This document shows positions 10,188-20,732 of a stretch of 64,000 nucleotides of DNA, piece by piece. The notes beneath the pieces are model-generated. The model ran no database searches and was not told the origin of the DNA. It saw only the letters and a list, made by a program, of their open reading frames with translations. The first letter of the stretch is position 1. The number at the start of each line of letters is the position of its first letter. The stretch comes from Granulicella sp. (GTDB lineage Bacteria; Acidobacteriota; Terriglobia; Terriglobales; Acidobacteriaceae). Made by a program: the position numbers and the translations under genes. The stretch covers positions 27,565 to 91,564 of the forward strand of contig DAHWNL010000070.1 of the NCBI GenBank assembly GCA_027339965.1, written 5' to 3'.

Positions 10188-10880
10188 TCAGTTCAGCCGC
10201 TGCAGCCGAGCGACCAGCTTTTCGGCCAGCGGTTCGCCGCTCTCGGTCCACAGCAGACGGCTGGAGATGCCGCAGTGCTTCTCCACGCTCAGGGTAAACG
10301 CGAGCAGCTTCTCCACGTTCTGCCGGATACGCTCCGCCGCGTCCTGGCCTAGGGATTGGTCTTCCAGGGTCCAGGGGGTGTCCAGCCCAAAGTCCACCCG
10401 GATATGGCCGTTCTGGTCATAGCTGGCGGCGTCGAACTCGGGTCCGAAGCCGGTGATCTTCACCCGCACTGGCTCCAGCCGCCAAGTAGCGTTCAGGCCG
10501 CCGGACGGCATCCACAGCAACCAGCACATCTCAAACTCAAAGGCCATGTCCTCATGGAGCTGCGCTGTGGCTTCGGTAACGGCGTTTTCAATGATGGAAC
10601 CGTCGGTATCAGCGGACGGCTGTGCGCGCTCATCATTGACGTAGATGCGTTGGAAGGTAGGCGACTCAGTCCAATCGATCGGATAGGCGCTGGCAGCCAG
10701 GATGCGCCCCAATGGAGCTGGTGCGGAGTTCTCGCCGGAAGCGGGCTGGTCTTGCTTGAGGGCGGCCTGATCCGCCTTGGCGATCCGGGCGAACTGTCGC
10801 AGGAGTCCGATGAGCGCTGCGGGCAGGGCCTCAAGACGAAAGTTCGGATACCAGAGACTGAGGTAGAGCTGATCGGCCAT
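10188..10880 (-). CDS. Hypothetical protein
   Basis: 230-aa ORF with protein-like composition filling the gap between glyS and the lpt cluster; TAGAAT lies 6 nt before the ATG. Confidence 0.75.
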   Translation of the reverse strand: MADQLYLSLWYPNFRLEALPAALIGLLRQFARIAKADQAALKQDQPASGENSAPAPLGRILAASAYPIDWTESPTFQRIYVNDERAQPSADTDGSIIENAVTEATAQLHEDMAFEFEMCWLLWMPSGGLNATWRLEPVRVKITGFGPEFDAASYDQNGHIRVDFGLDTPWTLEDQSLGQDAAERIRQNVEKLLAFTLSVEKHCGISSRLLWTESGEPLAEKLVARLQRLN

Positions 10881-11017
10881 AGCTTGATTCTAGCGGCCCG
10901 AAGCGGCCTGGGATCCAGTTCGTATGGGACGATGGCCTGAGTTGGAGAGGAGTGAAACACAAGGAAGGCGGCAACGAAGGCGCGCGTTGGTCAATGAGAA
11001 GATAGGACAGGAAAGCC

Positions 11018-13813
11018 ATGCGGTTGTCGATCCAAAGATTTCGGTGGGTGCTCCTGGCGGGAGCGGTGGTCCTGGTCATCGTGCTGGCCGCGTTCATCGG
11101 CTACGGACGCTATCGCGCTTTGCAGGCCTATCGTCAGGTAATCGCCCGCTCCGGGGTTTCCATCACTCATGACTCCAACGGCGTCACCTACTCCCAGTCG
11201 GTGAGGGGCAGGCAGGTATTTACCTTGCGGGCCAGGACGGAGAGCGATCTGGGTGCCGGCAAGTACGCTCTGCATGATGCTGAGCTGGTGCTGGACGATC
11301 ACTCCGGCAAGCCAGCCGAACGCATCTCCGGATCCGAGATCGAATACGACCAGAATGAAGGTGTGGCCCGCGCCGCGGGTGAGGTCTATATCGACATCGA
11401 ACCTCCCAAGGTGTTGACCAACAATGGGTCAAAGGCTGGGGGACCATCCAGCCCGGGGGGCAGCGCCAGTCAGCCAGCCGCGTTCAGCGACGCCACCCAT
11501 GTGATCCATGTTCGTACCAGCGGCCTGGTCTATGTGCGCAATCTAGGCACCGCCTCCACCGCGCAGAAGGCCCAGTTTTCCTTTGGCCAGATGCGCTGCA
11601 CCTCGCAGGGGGCGATCTTCAACGCCAACCGGAGCACCCTGGATCTGCTCTCCAACGTCCGCCTGGACGGCCTCGCGCACGGTCATCCGCTTCATGTGAC
11701 AGCCCTTCGGGCCAACCTGGACCGGAACACGAACATTGCCCATCTGAGCCAGCCGGTCGTTACCTCTGAAGGACGCGCTGCCCGGGCTGACAGAGCCACT
11801 CTGTTTTTGCGCAAAGATGGTTCCCTCCAGCAGGTTCAGGGATTCGACCATGTGATTTTGACCAAGGGTACAGAGACGATTACGGCGAGTGGGCTGAGTG
11901 CCTGGCTCAGCCCGCAGTCGGTCGTACGGTCAGCTAGGCTCTCCGGCAAGGTCTTTTTTGTGGATACGAATCCTCAACTGCCGCGCCAGGGATCTGCCCA
12001 GGTTGTGGATGCCGTCTTTGACGCCAAGGGCTTACCCACCCGGGTGGTTGGCTCCGGCGCGGTAAAGCTCTCCGAGATCGACCGCAGTGTCAGCCCGCGC
12101 GGCCTGGGGCGCTCGGCCGCCGGCGAAAGGATGGTGGTTCTCTTTGCCCCCGCTGAAAAAGAGGCGAGTCACGGCTCCTCCGCTGGCCACAAATCCGCGC
12201 AGGTTCGGGAGATTGACGCCAGCGGCGCTGCTTCAGCCAGCGGGGAGTCATTCGCGGCCAGGCCGACCCATGGATCGAGTTCGATGGGTGCGTCTCCGCA
12301 GATCGGTGTGTCTCCGCAGATCAAGGACAGCCACATCTGGGCCGATAGCCTCCGCTTGCTCTTCGTTACCCAGAATGGCCAGGCGGAGCCCAAATCGCTG
12401 CTTGGGACTGGGCATACGGTGCTGCGGCAAGATGCTCCGTTGGGAGCTCAGCAGATCAGCACGGGCGACACCTTGATGGTGGAGTTCGCTTCCGTTCCGC
12501 GGCCAGCCGGCAAAGTGGGAGCCAAGGTTGCAGCCGGTTCAGGAGCGAATTCAGGAGCCAAACCACGACCGGCTGAGACTGTCACCGTTGCCTTGGCTAC
12601 GCAGAGCGGTCACGTGACCGTCCGCAACCGCGCTGCGGATACCAAGCCCAAGCCGAAGGCGGGCGCGCAGGCTAGCCAGGGCATGCAGCCGGGGGCGATC
12701 TCTACGGGATCGGCCCAGCGCGCCAGCTACTTGGGCGCCAAGAACACCCTCACGTTAAGTGGGGAAGCTCACCTGTACGACGCCAACGGCTCGATTACAG
12801 CGCCCACGATCTCCCTGGACCAGCAGACGGGCAATGCTGATGCCAGCGGAGGGGTTCAGGGAGCCTTCCAGAATGCTTCCTCTGCGGGGGCTGCGCAGGC
12901 CGGAGACACAGCGGCTTCCGGTGCGGCGTTACAGCCTGTGACTCATGTGCTCGCTTCTACGGCTCATTTTGATCATGTCGCGCAGTTGGCCACCTTCTAT
13001 GGCAGCGACCAGGCGCCGGCGCGCATGTGGCAGCAGGCCTCACAGGTGCAAGCCGCGCGGCTGATCTTTGATGGCCGGCATCGAACCTTCAGTGCGCGGC
13101 CAGACCATGCCGGGGTGCTGATTCATGCGGTCTTTGCCTCGAACTCTACCACGCAAGGCCCTGCTCAGAGCCGGTCGGAGGCCGCCCACCCCAAGGCTTC
13201 CGCCTCCCCGACGCCTGGCGGCCCCCTCTCCCGGTCTGGAGATGCAGATCAGCGCGTTCCCGGCATCATGCGCGTCGCCAGCCCCAGAATGGACTACAAC
13301 GATCTACAGCGGGAGGCCGTCTTCTCGGATGGGGTGACGATCCGGAATGAGAGCGGTGAAGTTCGCGGAAGGCGCGCTGTGGTTTATCTTGTGCCGGCTA
13401 CCAACCCCCATCACGCGGCACCGCCAGCATCTTCCTCATCTTCTGCGCGAAGGAGCATGGCCTCCGGTGCAGGATCAACGTCGTCTCTGGCTGTCCAGCC
13501 GAATCCATTCGGCAACTCAGTCGACCATGTTGTCGTCAGCGGCGCCGTGCAGGTGGAACAGCCGGGGCGTCATGGCACGGGAGAGCAACTGCTCTACACC
13601 GCCGCCCAAGGCACCTACCTGCTTACCGGGACTGCAGAGGTCCCACCCCGCATTGTGGATGCGCAGCAGGGAAACATCACCGGGACCAGTCTGCTCTTCG
13701 GGGATGCAGGTAGTACGATTGTGGTAGCTGGGAAAGCCAGTGGCGGCAAAGGAAAGGGAACACGCGTGCGCACGGAGACGAATGTGAGTTCGGGGAGAGA
13801 GGAGATGCAGTAA
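11018..13813 (+). CDS. LptC/LptA(OstA)-like multi-beta-jellyroll LPS transport protein
   Basis: Single N-terminal TM helix, repeated beta-rich segments ([37 protein letters not shown]) separated by low-complexity linkers; directly upstream of lptB. Confidence 0.75.
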   Translation: MRLSIQRFRWVLLAGAVVLVIVLAAFIGYGRYRALQAYRQVIARSGVSITHDSNGVTYSQSVRGRQVFTLRARTESDLGAGKYALHDAELVLDDHSGKPAERISGSEIEYDQNEGVARAAGEVYIDIEPPKVLTNNGSKAGGPSSPGGSASQPAAFSDATHVIHVRTSGLVYVRNLGTASTAQKAQFSFGQMRCTSQGAIFNANRSTLDLLSNVRLDGLAHGHPLHVTALRANLDRNTNIAHLSQPVVTSEGRAARADRATLFLRKDGSLQQVQGFDHVILTKGTETITASGLSAWLSPQSVVRSARLSGKVFFVDTNPQLPRQGSAQVVDAVFDAKGLPTRVVGSGAVKLSEIDRSVSPRGLGRSAAGERMVVLFAPAEKEASHGSSAGHKSAQVREIDASGAASASGESFAARPTHGSSSMGASPQIGVSPQIKDSHIWADSLRLLFVTQNGQAEPKSLLGTGHTVLRQDAPLGAQQISTGDTLMVEFASVPRPAGKVGAKVAAGSGANSGAKPRPAETVTVALATQSGHVTVRNRAADTKPKPKAGAQASQGMQPGAISTGSAQRASYLGAKNTLTLSGEAHLYDANGSITAPTISLDQQTGNADASGGVQGAFQNASSAGAAQAGDTAASGAALQPVTHVLASTAHFDHVAQLATFYGSDQAPARMWQQASQVQAARLIFDGRHRTFSARPDHAGVLIHAVFASNSTTQGPAQSRSEAAHPKASASPTPGGPLSRSGDADQRVPGIMRVASPRMDYNDLQREAVFSDGVTIRNESGEVRGRRAVVYLVPATNPHHAAPPASSSSSARRSMASGAGSTSSLAVQPNPFGNSVDHVVVSGAVQVEQPGRHGTGEQLLYTAAQGTYLLTGTAEVPPRIVDAQQGNITGTSLLFGDAGSTIVVAGKASGGKGKGTRVRTETNVSSGREEMQ

Positions 13814-13817
13814 GCGC

Positions 13818-14546
13818 ATGAAAACCCTCGAGACCGAGGAACTGACCAAAGCCTATGGTGGGCGCCAGGTGGTGCGTGGAGTCAGTCTCCAGATTCATCA
13901 AGGGGAGGTGGTGGGGTTGTTGGGTCCCAATGGCGCGGGGAAGACAACCTCCTTTTACATGATCGTCGGCCTGGTGCGACCGGACTCGGGCATCATTCTG
14001 TCCGATGGAGTGGATATTACCCGGACGCCCATGTATCTTCGGGCGCGCGAGTATCGCATCAGCTACCTGCCGCAGGAGCCATCGGTCTTTCGTAACCTCT
14101 CGGTGGAGCAGAACATCCTTGCCGTGTTGGAGACCCAGCCGCTGACCTGGGAGGCGCGGCGGCAGCGCGCCGAGAGCCTGATGACGCAGTTGAACCTGGG
14201 GCACGTACGCAAAACCCAAGGTTATGCGCTCTCAGGCGGCGAGCGTCGCCGCGTGGAGATTGCACGCTGTCTGGCCATCAATCCGGCTTTCATTCTGCTC
14301 GATGAACCCTTCTCTGGTATTGATCCGATTGCGGTGCTGGAGTTGCAGCAGATCATCTTCGACCTGAAGGCCTCGGGAATCGGAGTTCTCATCACGGATC
14401 ATAACGTCCGGGAGACGCTTTCTGTGACTGACCGCGCGTACATCATCAACGAAGGCCGCATCTTCCGTGCCGGAACTCCGGGCGAGTTGGGCCGCGACCT
14501 GGACGTCAAGCGGGTCTATCTCGGAGAGGGATTTTCCTTGGTTTAG
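13818..14546 (+). CDS. lptB: LPS export ABC transporter ATP-binding protein LptB
   Basis: [61 protein letters not shown]. Confidence 0.96.
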   Translation: MKTLETEELTKAYGGRQVVRGVSLQIHQGEVVGLLGPNGAGKTTSFYMIVGLVRPDSGIILSDGVDITRTPMYLRAREYRISYLPQEPSVFRNLSVEQNILAVLETQPLTWEARRQRAESLMTQLNLGHVRKTQGYALSGGERRRVEIARCLAINPAFILLDEPFSGIDPIAVLELQQIIFDLKASGIGVLITDHNVRETLSVTDRAYIINEGRIFRAGTPGELGRDLDVKRVYLGEGFSLV

Positions 14547-14833
14547 CCTCCGGCGGGATCGGCTGGAAAGATTGCAGATTCAATGGTTTCAAGGCGCAAC
14601 AGAACGAAAGCGCCAAGGATTCCAGGCTCCATTGTGCTGGAAGGCAAGAAGCGGGCGATCCACGCCAGCACACCTACTTGTGCCACCTGGGGTTATCTCT
14701 CTTGATTCCTTTACTTTCGACGAAGTTCCAGGTTGGGCGATAAACTGGTCCTAAACTTGCTTCCGGCGATCTTTGGTGCGGTCTCCGGCCGGGTTTCTGA
14801 GTGGATAGAGCCATTTTCGCGAGGTAGTCCGCC

Positions 14834-16492
14834 GTGTTGCAGCCGCATCTCCATGTCAAGCTCTCGCAGCGCCAGATTCTGACCCCTGGATTAGTCCAGA
14901 TGGTGAGCGTTCTTGCGTTGAACAAGTTGGAGCTGAAGGACATGATCAACGGTGAATTGGTCGCGAATCCAGTTTTGGAGGAGATCGACGAGGCCACGGA
15001 GACGCTGGATGAGCGCGCTGCCAGGGAGAGATTGCTGGAGCAGAGCGTGGCAGAGACCTCGGGGGCTCAGGAGGCGGAAAAGAAGGATCCCTTTGACGAG
15101 ATTGACTTTGGGAGTTATTTCCAGGACTATCTCGATCCCGGGTATCGAACTTCATCCAGCTTTGAAGATCTGGACAAGCCCTCCTTTGAGCAATTTCTCT
15201 CCCGGCCTAGCACGCTGGCCGATCACCTGATGTGGCAGATCGGTTCCATGATCCTGAGCCAGGAGTTGCGCCTGGCCGTCGAGTTGATCATCGGGAACCT
15301 AGATGAGAACGGCTATCTGACGGCTAGTGATGAGGAGCTGGCCCGGTCTTTGGTGGAGATTCGGGGGGGTATTTCGGTCGAGTCAGGTGGTTTGGCGACA
15401 GCGGACGGCTTGAAGAGGCCTGAGCAGCCGGAGAAGGCGGAAAGATCCGACCCTCCGAGCCAAGGCGACGGTCGGTCGGAAGTTCTGGCTCTGGTGGAAA
15501 AGGCTCGCGCGGTGGTTGCCCGACTGGATCCGGTCGGTGTGGGAGCGCGCGACCTGCGCGAATGTCTTCTCGCTCAGACGCAAAGCCTTCGCCGTGACGT
15601 GGAGTTGGCGCTGTTGCGGCGGCGCAGAGTGGCCCAAGATTCAGGGAGGGGCAGGGAAGCCGCTGGACAGGATCTGGAGCAGCGATTGGCGCTGATTGAG
15701 ACGGCCAGCCTGATCATCAGCGACTCTCTCGCCCTCTTGCAGAAGAAAGATAACCGCGAGCTGGTCCGGCTCTGCCGCCGTCCGGTGGAGTGGGTTGAAG
15801 AGGCGGTGAATCTGATCCGTACCCTGGACCCGCGGCCTGGGCAGCGGTACATCCAGTCAGAGGCGAGGCTCATCGAACCGGATGTAGCCTTTGTGAAGCG
15901 GGATGATCAGTACGTGGTGGTGATGAACGATGAGGATATGCCGGCTCTGCGCCTGAACCGAAGCTACCGCCGGATGCTGCGTGAAAAAAACGCCGACCGA
16001 GAGGTTCGGGATTACGTCAAGGATCGCTACAAATCCGCGATTCAGTTGTTGCGCAACATCGAGCAGCGTAAAAACACGATTCTGCGCACATGCGAGGTGA
16101 TCGTTCGCCGTCAGCGCGAGTTTCTGGATCATGGGGTGGAGCATTTGCGTCCGATGATGATCAAAGAGGTGGCCGAGGAGATCGATGTTCATCCTTCCAC
16201 CGTCAGCCGGGCCGTGGCCAATAAATATGTACATACCGCACAGGGCGTTTTTGAGCTAAGATTCTTCTTTTCCGAGGGTGTAAGCGGACCCGAGGGGGGA
16301 GATCTTCCCCTGCTTCTCCTCAAGAGGCGGGTGAAGAAGTTGATCGAAGAGGAGGACCCGCGCAAGCCGTGGACAGACGAGTATCTGGCAGCGGAGCTGC
16401 AGCGGCAGGGGATACACGTCACGCGGAGAACAGTCGCCAAATATCGTGAAGATATGCAGATTCCCAGCACACACCAGAGACGCCGGCGCTAG
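14834..16492 (+). CDS. rpoN: RNA polymerase sigma-54 factor
   Basis: Region I LSQRQILTPGL, HPSTVSRA helix-turn-helix, RpoN box TRRTVAKYRE. Confidence 0.96.
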   Translation: MLQPHLHVKLSQRQILTPGLVQMVSVLALNKLELKDMINGELVANPVLEEIDEATETLDERAARERLLEQSVAETSGAQEAEKKDPFDEIDFGSYFQDYLDPGYRTSSSFEDLDKPSFEQFLSRPSTLADHLMWQIGSMILSQELRLAVELIIGNLDENGYLTASDEELARSLVEIRGGISVESGGLATADGLKRPEQPEKAERSDPPSQGDGRSEVLALVEKARAVVARLDPVGVGARDLRECLLAQTQSLRRDVELALLRRRRVAQDSGRGREAAGQDLEQRLALIETASLIISDSLALLQKKDNRELVRLCRRPVEWVEEAVNLIRTLDPRPGQRYIQSEARLIEPDVAFVKRDDQYVVVMNDEDMPALRLNRSYRRMLREKNADREVRDYVKDRYKSAIQLLRNIEQRKNTILRTCEVIVRRQREFLDHGVEHLRPMMIKEVAEEIDVHPSTVSRAVANKYVHTAQGVFELRFFFSEGVSGPEGGDLPLLLLKRRVKKLIEEEDPRKPWTDEYLAAELQRQGIHVTRRTVAKYREDMQIPSTHQRRRR

Positions 16493-16573
16493 GAGTTGAT
16501 TGGAACTGCCGGGCTGTCTGTGAAGCGGAGCAGATTCTGGATCGGTAAAGAAAGTTAAGCCGGGAAAACGCGG

Positions 16574-16640
16574 GCCCAAAAAGTGAGCCCAAAAAGTGAG
16601 CCCAAAGATGAGCTCAGGGTGGGCTCAGGGTGGGCTCAGG
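16574..16640. repeat. Two short tandem arrays in inverted arrangement
   Basis: (GCCCAAAAAGTGA)x2 plus GCCCAAAGATGA, then (GCTCAGGGTGG)x2 plus GCTCAGG. Confidence 0.85.
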
Positions 16641-16964
16641 ATCGGTTGCCTCCTGGCAAAACTCTTCCTTTCACCAACTCCCCAGGCAACTCGTCGAGCA
16701 AGCCTCCCTCGCCGCCAGACGGAATCGATTGCGGGCTTTCGAACCAAGAGTTTACCCCTTGCGACACAGGGCTGTTGTCCGCAGCCACTCTTCGTCAAGT
16801 AATTGCGGGCAGTGGGGTCCGCTACGAATTCGGGTCATGGAGTCAACGGAGAAGGAGGCTGCTGCGAGAGCATGCCGCCGGTTGTCGGGTTCGGCCAGCC
16901 AGGAAGCTCCAACCCGCATCTTATAGCACAAACCGCAGCGAAATCGCTGCAAGGAGGATGCTTC

Positions 16965-17306
16965 ATGACCATCGAATTTACGGGACGTCGCACGGCAGTC
17001 ACTCCAAAGTTGAGGTCCATCGCGGAGTCGGGTATGGAACGCCTGGCCCTGGTAACCAATCGCTGCACCAGCGCGCACTTCATCCTGAGCGAAGACAAGT
17101 ACCGAAAGATTGCGGAGGTCCGGCTGAACTGCCGGAATGAGAGCCTGGTGGCGGCCTGTGAGTCCACGGATATGGAGGCGGCGCTTCGCGAGGCGCTGCA
17201 GAAGGTGGAGATGCAGGCGATCCGTCACAAGGAGCGCTATGCGACCGTGCGGGCTCGTCCCCGGCCGGAAGTTCACCCGGATGCCCTCAGGGCGATCCCA
17301 GCGTAG
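16965..17306 (+). CDS. hpf: Ribosome hibernation promoting factor (HPF/RaiA, sigma-54 modulation protein)
   Basis: MTIEFTGRRTAVTPKLR...DMEAALREALQKVEMQ; AAGGAGG RBS; position after rpoN. Confidence 0.85.
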   Translation: MTIEFTGRRTAVTPKLRSIAESGMERLALVTNRCTSAHFILSEDKYRKIAEVRLNCRNESLVAACESTDMEAALREALQKVEMQAIRHKERYATVRARPRPEVHPDALRAIPA

Positions 17307-17740
17307 GACATTCGCTCCGGTTCTCGTCTGCCGGCGATAGCTTTTTCCGCGGTGGTGGGTTCTCCGAAGCGGGCTTGCTGTGGCATTTCAATCGGGGGAA
17401 GCGCCCAAAATCGTCAGGGCTATGGGATATCGACGCGAAAGGAGCGCCACTCTCCACGCTCTCAGAATCCGAACCCATTTGCCGAGACCTTCTTGTTGAC
17501 GGGCTCCGGCAAATGGGTTCTTGCTCTGTAAGGCTTGGGCAAACCCCGCAGCGGGGCTGGAGACGCCGAGCGCTTGATGATGGCTCCGCTCGCGCGCAAG
17601 AGCGCTACAGGGGAGCCGCGCAGCGGCATTCCGGCGCCGGCGCGTGCGGCGGGCCTTCTGAGGGCACAGGCTCGGGAGAAGGCTTGTGATGCCAAGCCGG
17701 CTGGATTCCGCCTGCATAGAAAATGCTATAGGATTCCCTC

Positions 17741-18721
17741 ATGGCCCCCGATTCTTCACCTGCCAAGGTCTCTGCCCAGGGAGCAAATGCGCCAAAGAAG
17801 AGATTCGTGAGGAGCGCGGTCCGTGCGGAGTCAGAACCTTCCGGGCGAGTGCAGGACGGTGAGCCGCGCGAGCTGGTTATCCTTACCGGGCTCTCCGGAT
17901 CGGGGAAGCTTTCGGCCCTGAAGGCCTTCGAGGATCTGGGATTCTATTCCGTCGATAACCTGCCTTTGGATCTGATACCGCGTTTTGCCGATCTGGTGGC
18001 CAAGTCTGCCGAGATCACGCATGCCGCGCTCGTGGTGGATGTGCGGGAGGGTAGTCGCCTGGAGCGCTTTCCGGCGATCCTGACGAAGGTGCGCAAGGTG
18101 CTTCCCACACGAGTGGTTTTTCTGGAAGCTTCTGAAGAGGTTCTGGTGCGGCGCTTTTCGGAGACCCGCCGTCCTCATCCGTTGGGACGTGGGGATAGAG
18201 TGATTGCCTCGATCCAGGCCGAGCGGAAGAGGCTGGATCCCGTACGCAACGTGGCGGACATCCTGCTGGACACCTCGCGCTTCAATGTGCATGAGCTCAG
18301 GGCGCATATCAACGCAGCCTTCAGCCGGGGAGTCGGCAAGAGCGACCGCAATTTAACTATCTCGGTGACCAGCTTCGGTTTCAAGAATGGGGTGCCCAGC
18401 GATGCGGATATGGTTTTTGACGTGAGATTTCTTCCCAATCCGCACTTCATTCCCGAGTTCCGCAACCTGACCGGAAAGCACCCCAAGGTGGCCAAGTACG
18501 TCCGCCAGTTTCCCCAGACGGCGGAGTTTCTCGGCAAGGTGACCGAGATGCTCACGTTTCTCCTTCCTCACTATATTCATGAAGGAAAGAGCTATCTGAC
18601 GATCGGCATCGGCTGCACGGGTGGGCAGCATCGTTCGGTGATGATCGCCGAGGAACTGAAGAAGCGCCTCGCCGCAGCGGGGTATCGGGCGAAGTCTTCG
18701 CACCGGGATATCCCCCGGTAG
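17741..18721 (+). CDS. rapZ: RNase adapter RapZ (P-loop protein)
   Basis: ILTGLSGSGK, FEDLGFYSVDNLP, RRFSETRRPHP, SFGFKNGVP, FDVRFLPNP, IGCTGGQHRSV. Confidence 0.95.
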   Translation: MAPDSSPAKVSAQGANAPKKRFVRSAVRAESEPSGRVQDGEPRELVILTGLSGSGKLSALKAFEDLGFYSVDNLPLDLIPRFADLVAKSAEITHAALVVDVREGSRLERFPAILTKVRKVLPTRVVFLEASEEVLVRRFSETRRPHPLGRGDRVIASIQAERKRLDPVRNVADILLDTSRFNVHELRAHINAAFSRGVGKSDRNLTISVTSFGFKNGVPSDADMVFDVRFLPNPHFIPEFRNLTGKHPKVAKYVRQFPQTAEFLGKVTEMLTFLLPHYIHEGKSYLTIGIGCTGGQHRSVMIAEELKKRLAAAGYRAKSSHRDIPR

Positions 18722-18812
18722 AAGTAGACTGATTCTGCATGAATACGGTGCCGGGCGTCGGGTTTGTAGTCCCGGAAGCGGGCGCCTTCGTCCAAGATTT
18801 CAGGAGAGTTGC

Positions 18813-20660
18813 GTGAAGCCCGTTCTACGTCTGCTGAGCTACATGCGGCCCTATGTTTTTTATTGGGTTTCTTCAGTGCTGCTGATGGCTTTGGTGGGGG
18901 CGCTGATGGCCTTCCGCGTCCTGCTGATCAAGCCCATCATCGACAACGTTCTCAGCGCCGCAGCCTCGCCGAGCCGGGTGCTGGACTTTGTGATTCCCCA
19001 CACCCGTTTTCATATCAATTTGCAGATTCTGCTACCGGCGCGCTTTCACAATGCGTGGACGGTCGTCGCGATTGCTCTGGTTGTTTCGGCAATGGTCAAG
19101 AACATCTGCGACTACCTGGGCACACTGCTGGCCAACCAAGCCGGATTCGGCATGATCACGGATCTGCGCAACGACCTATACAACTCACTTCTGGGCCGTT
19201 CCGCCGCCTTCTTCCAGCGCCATACCTCTGGCACGTTGATCTCCGCACTGATCAACGATGTAGAGCGAGTGCAGTCGGCGATGGCGCCCATCATGAGCGA
19301 CTTCCTGCAGCAGACGTTCACGCTGCTGTTTATGATCTGCACGGTTATCATCGCGGGTGGTTCGATGTCCTGGGTGCTGGTGATCTTTGTACCCATCATC
19401 GTTCTCTCCACCCGGCGGGTGGGAAGCAGCGTGCGCTCCACGACGCGCAGCGGACAGGACAAACTGGCCGAGATTCAGAACATCGTGCAGGAGACCATCA
19501 CCGGCCACGGAATCGTGAAGGCCTTTGGAATGGAACACTGGGAGATGAACCGCTTCCGGCGCGCGGCTGAACGCTTGTTCTCAGCCAATATGCGGCGAAT
19601 CGCCGTGCAGTCCATCTCTTCGCCGCTGATGGATGCGTTGGGAGCATTCGCCATCGCCCTCCTGCTCCTCTACGGAAGGGTGTTCATTCTGCATGGAGGC
19701 ACTGCCGGCGACTTCATCACCTTTCTGATCGCGGTGATTGCGCTGTATGACCCGGTGCGCAAGATGCCGACCTACTACAATGCCTTTCAGCAGGCGGTGG
19801 GCGCCAGCGAGGATATCTTCAAATTCATCGACGCGCAGGATGAGGTGGTGGAGCGCAAGAGGGCTCTGCCCCTCACGGAGTTCAAGGGGCTCATCGAGTT
19901 CCGGGATGTGCGCTTTGCCTATGAGCGAGATGACATGCACAGGGAGGTCTTGCACGGGATCAACCTGAGCGTCCGCCGCGGCGAGGTTGTGGCTCTGGTA
20001 GGCCCGAGCGGAGCGGGCAAATCGACTCTGGTGAACCTTCTGCCACGCTTCTATGATGTGACCGGTGGAGCGATCTTTCTCGATGAGCACGACATTCGAG
20101 ATCTGACGCTGGCCTCGCTGCGCAAGCAGATTGGCAAGGTGACGCAGGAGACGGTGCTGTTCAACGACACGGTGCGCCACAACATCGCCTATGGACAGCC
20201 CAACGTCCCAATGGACAGGATTGTGGCGGCGGCCAAGGCAGCCTTGGCGCATGGTTTCATAGAACATCTCCCCCAAGGCTATGACACGTTGATCGGGGAG
20301 GATGGCGCGCGGCTTTCGGGCGGAGAGCGGCAGCGGCTCGCGATTGCTCGCGCGTTGCTCAAGGATGCCCCGATCCTCATTCTGGATGAGGCCACCTCGT
20401 CCCTGGATGCGGAGAGTGAGGCTGCCGTGCAGGCGGCGCTGGCGAACCTGATGCAAGGGCGCACGGTCCTGGTGATTGCCCACCGGCTATCGACGGTTCG
20501 GCGCGCCGACCGCATCGCGGTGATGGAGGATGGCTGCATCACCGAACTTGGCTCGCATGAGAAACTGCTGGCGCTGGGAGGAACCTACAGCCGGCTTTAT
20601 CAGCTTCAGTTCGGCGCAGCGGAGAGCGAGATGGCGGAGGTGGGAGAGGGAACCGCGTGA
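18813..20660 (+). CDS. MsbA-like ABC exporter (fused permease/ATPase)
   Basis: N-terminal TM domain; GPSGAGKST, LSGGERQRLAIARA, ILDEATS, IAHRLST; lies in the LPS export neighbourhood. Confidence 0.88.
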   Translation: MKPVLRLLSYMRPYVFYWVSSVLLMALVGALMAFRVLLIKPIIDNVLSAAASPSRVLDFVIPHTRFHINLQILLPARFHNAWTVVAIALVVSAMVKNICDYLGTLLANQAGFGMITDLRNDLYNSLLGRSAAFFQRHTSGTLISALINDVERVQSAMAPIMSDFLQQTFTLLFMICTVIIAGGSMSWVLVIFVPIIVLSTRRVGSSVRSTTRSGQDKLAEIQNIVQETITGHGIVKAFGMEHWEMNRFRRAAERLFSANMRRIAVQSISSPLMDALGAFAIALLLLYGRVFILHGGTAGDFITFLIAVIALYDPVRKMPTYYNAFQQAVGASEDIFKFIDAQDEVVERKRALPLTEFKGLIEFRDVRFAYERDDMHREVLHGINLSVRRGEVVALVGPSGAGKSTLVNLLPRFYDVTGGAIFLDEHDIRDLTLASLRKQIGKVTQETVLFNDTVRHNIAYGQPNVPMDRIVAAAKAALAHGFIEHLPQGYDTLIGEDGARLSGGERQRLAIARALLKDAPILILDEATSSLDAESEAAVQAALANLMQGRTVLVIAHRLSTVRRADRIAVMEDGCITELGSHEKLLALGGTYSRLYQLQFGAAESEMAEVGEGTA

Positions 20661-20732
20661 ATTCGCATCGAGAGAGCGCAGCGGATGAGAGGGTAGGACG
20701 CAAGGTTTACACTATTCCCATCGCAACTGCCT

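Noticed and set aside
16653..16669. Sigma-54 promoter upstream of hpf (TGGCAA-N5-TTCC)
   Set aside because: The -12 element is TTCC, lacking the conserved GC.
16493..16964. Canonical raiA-motif RNA
   Set aside because: The position fits, but I could not recognise the motif's conserved sequence; kept only as a generic structured-RNA candidate.
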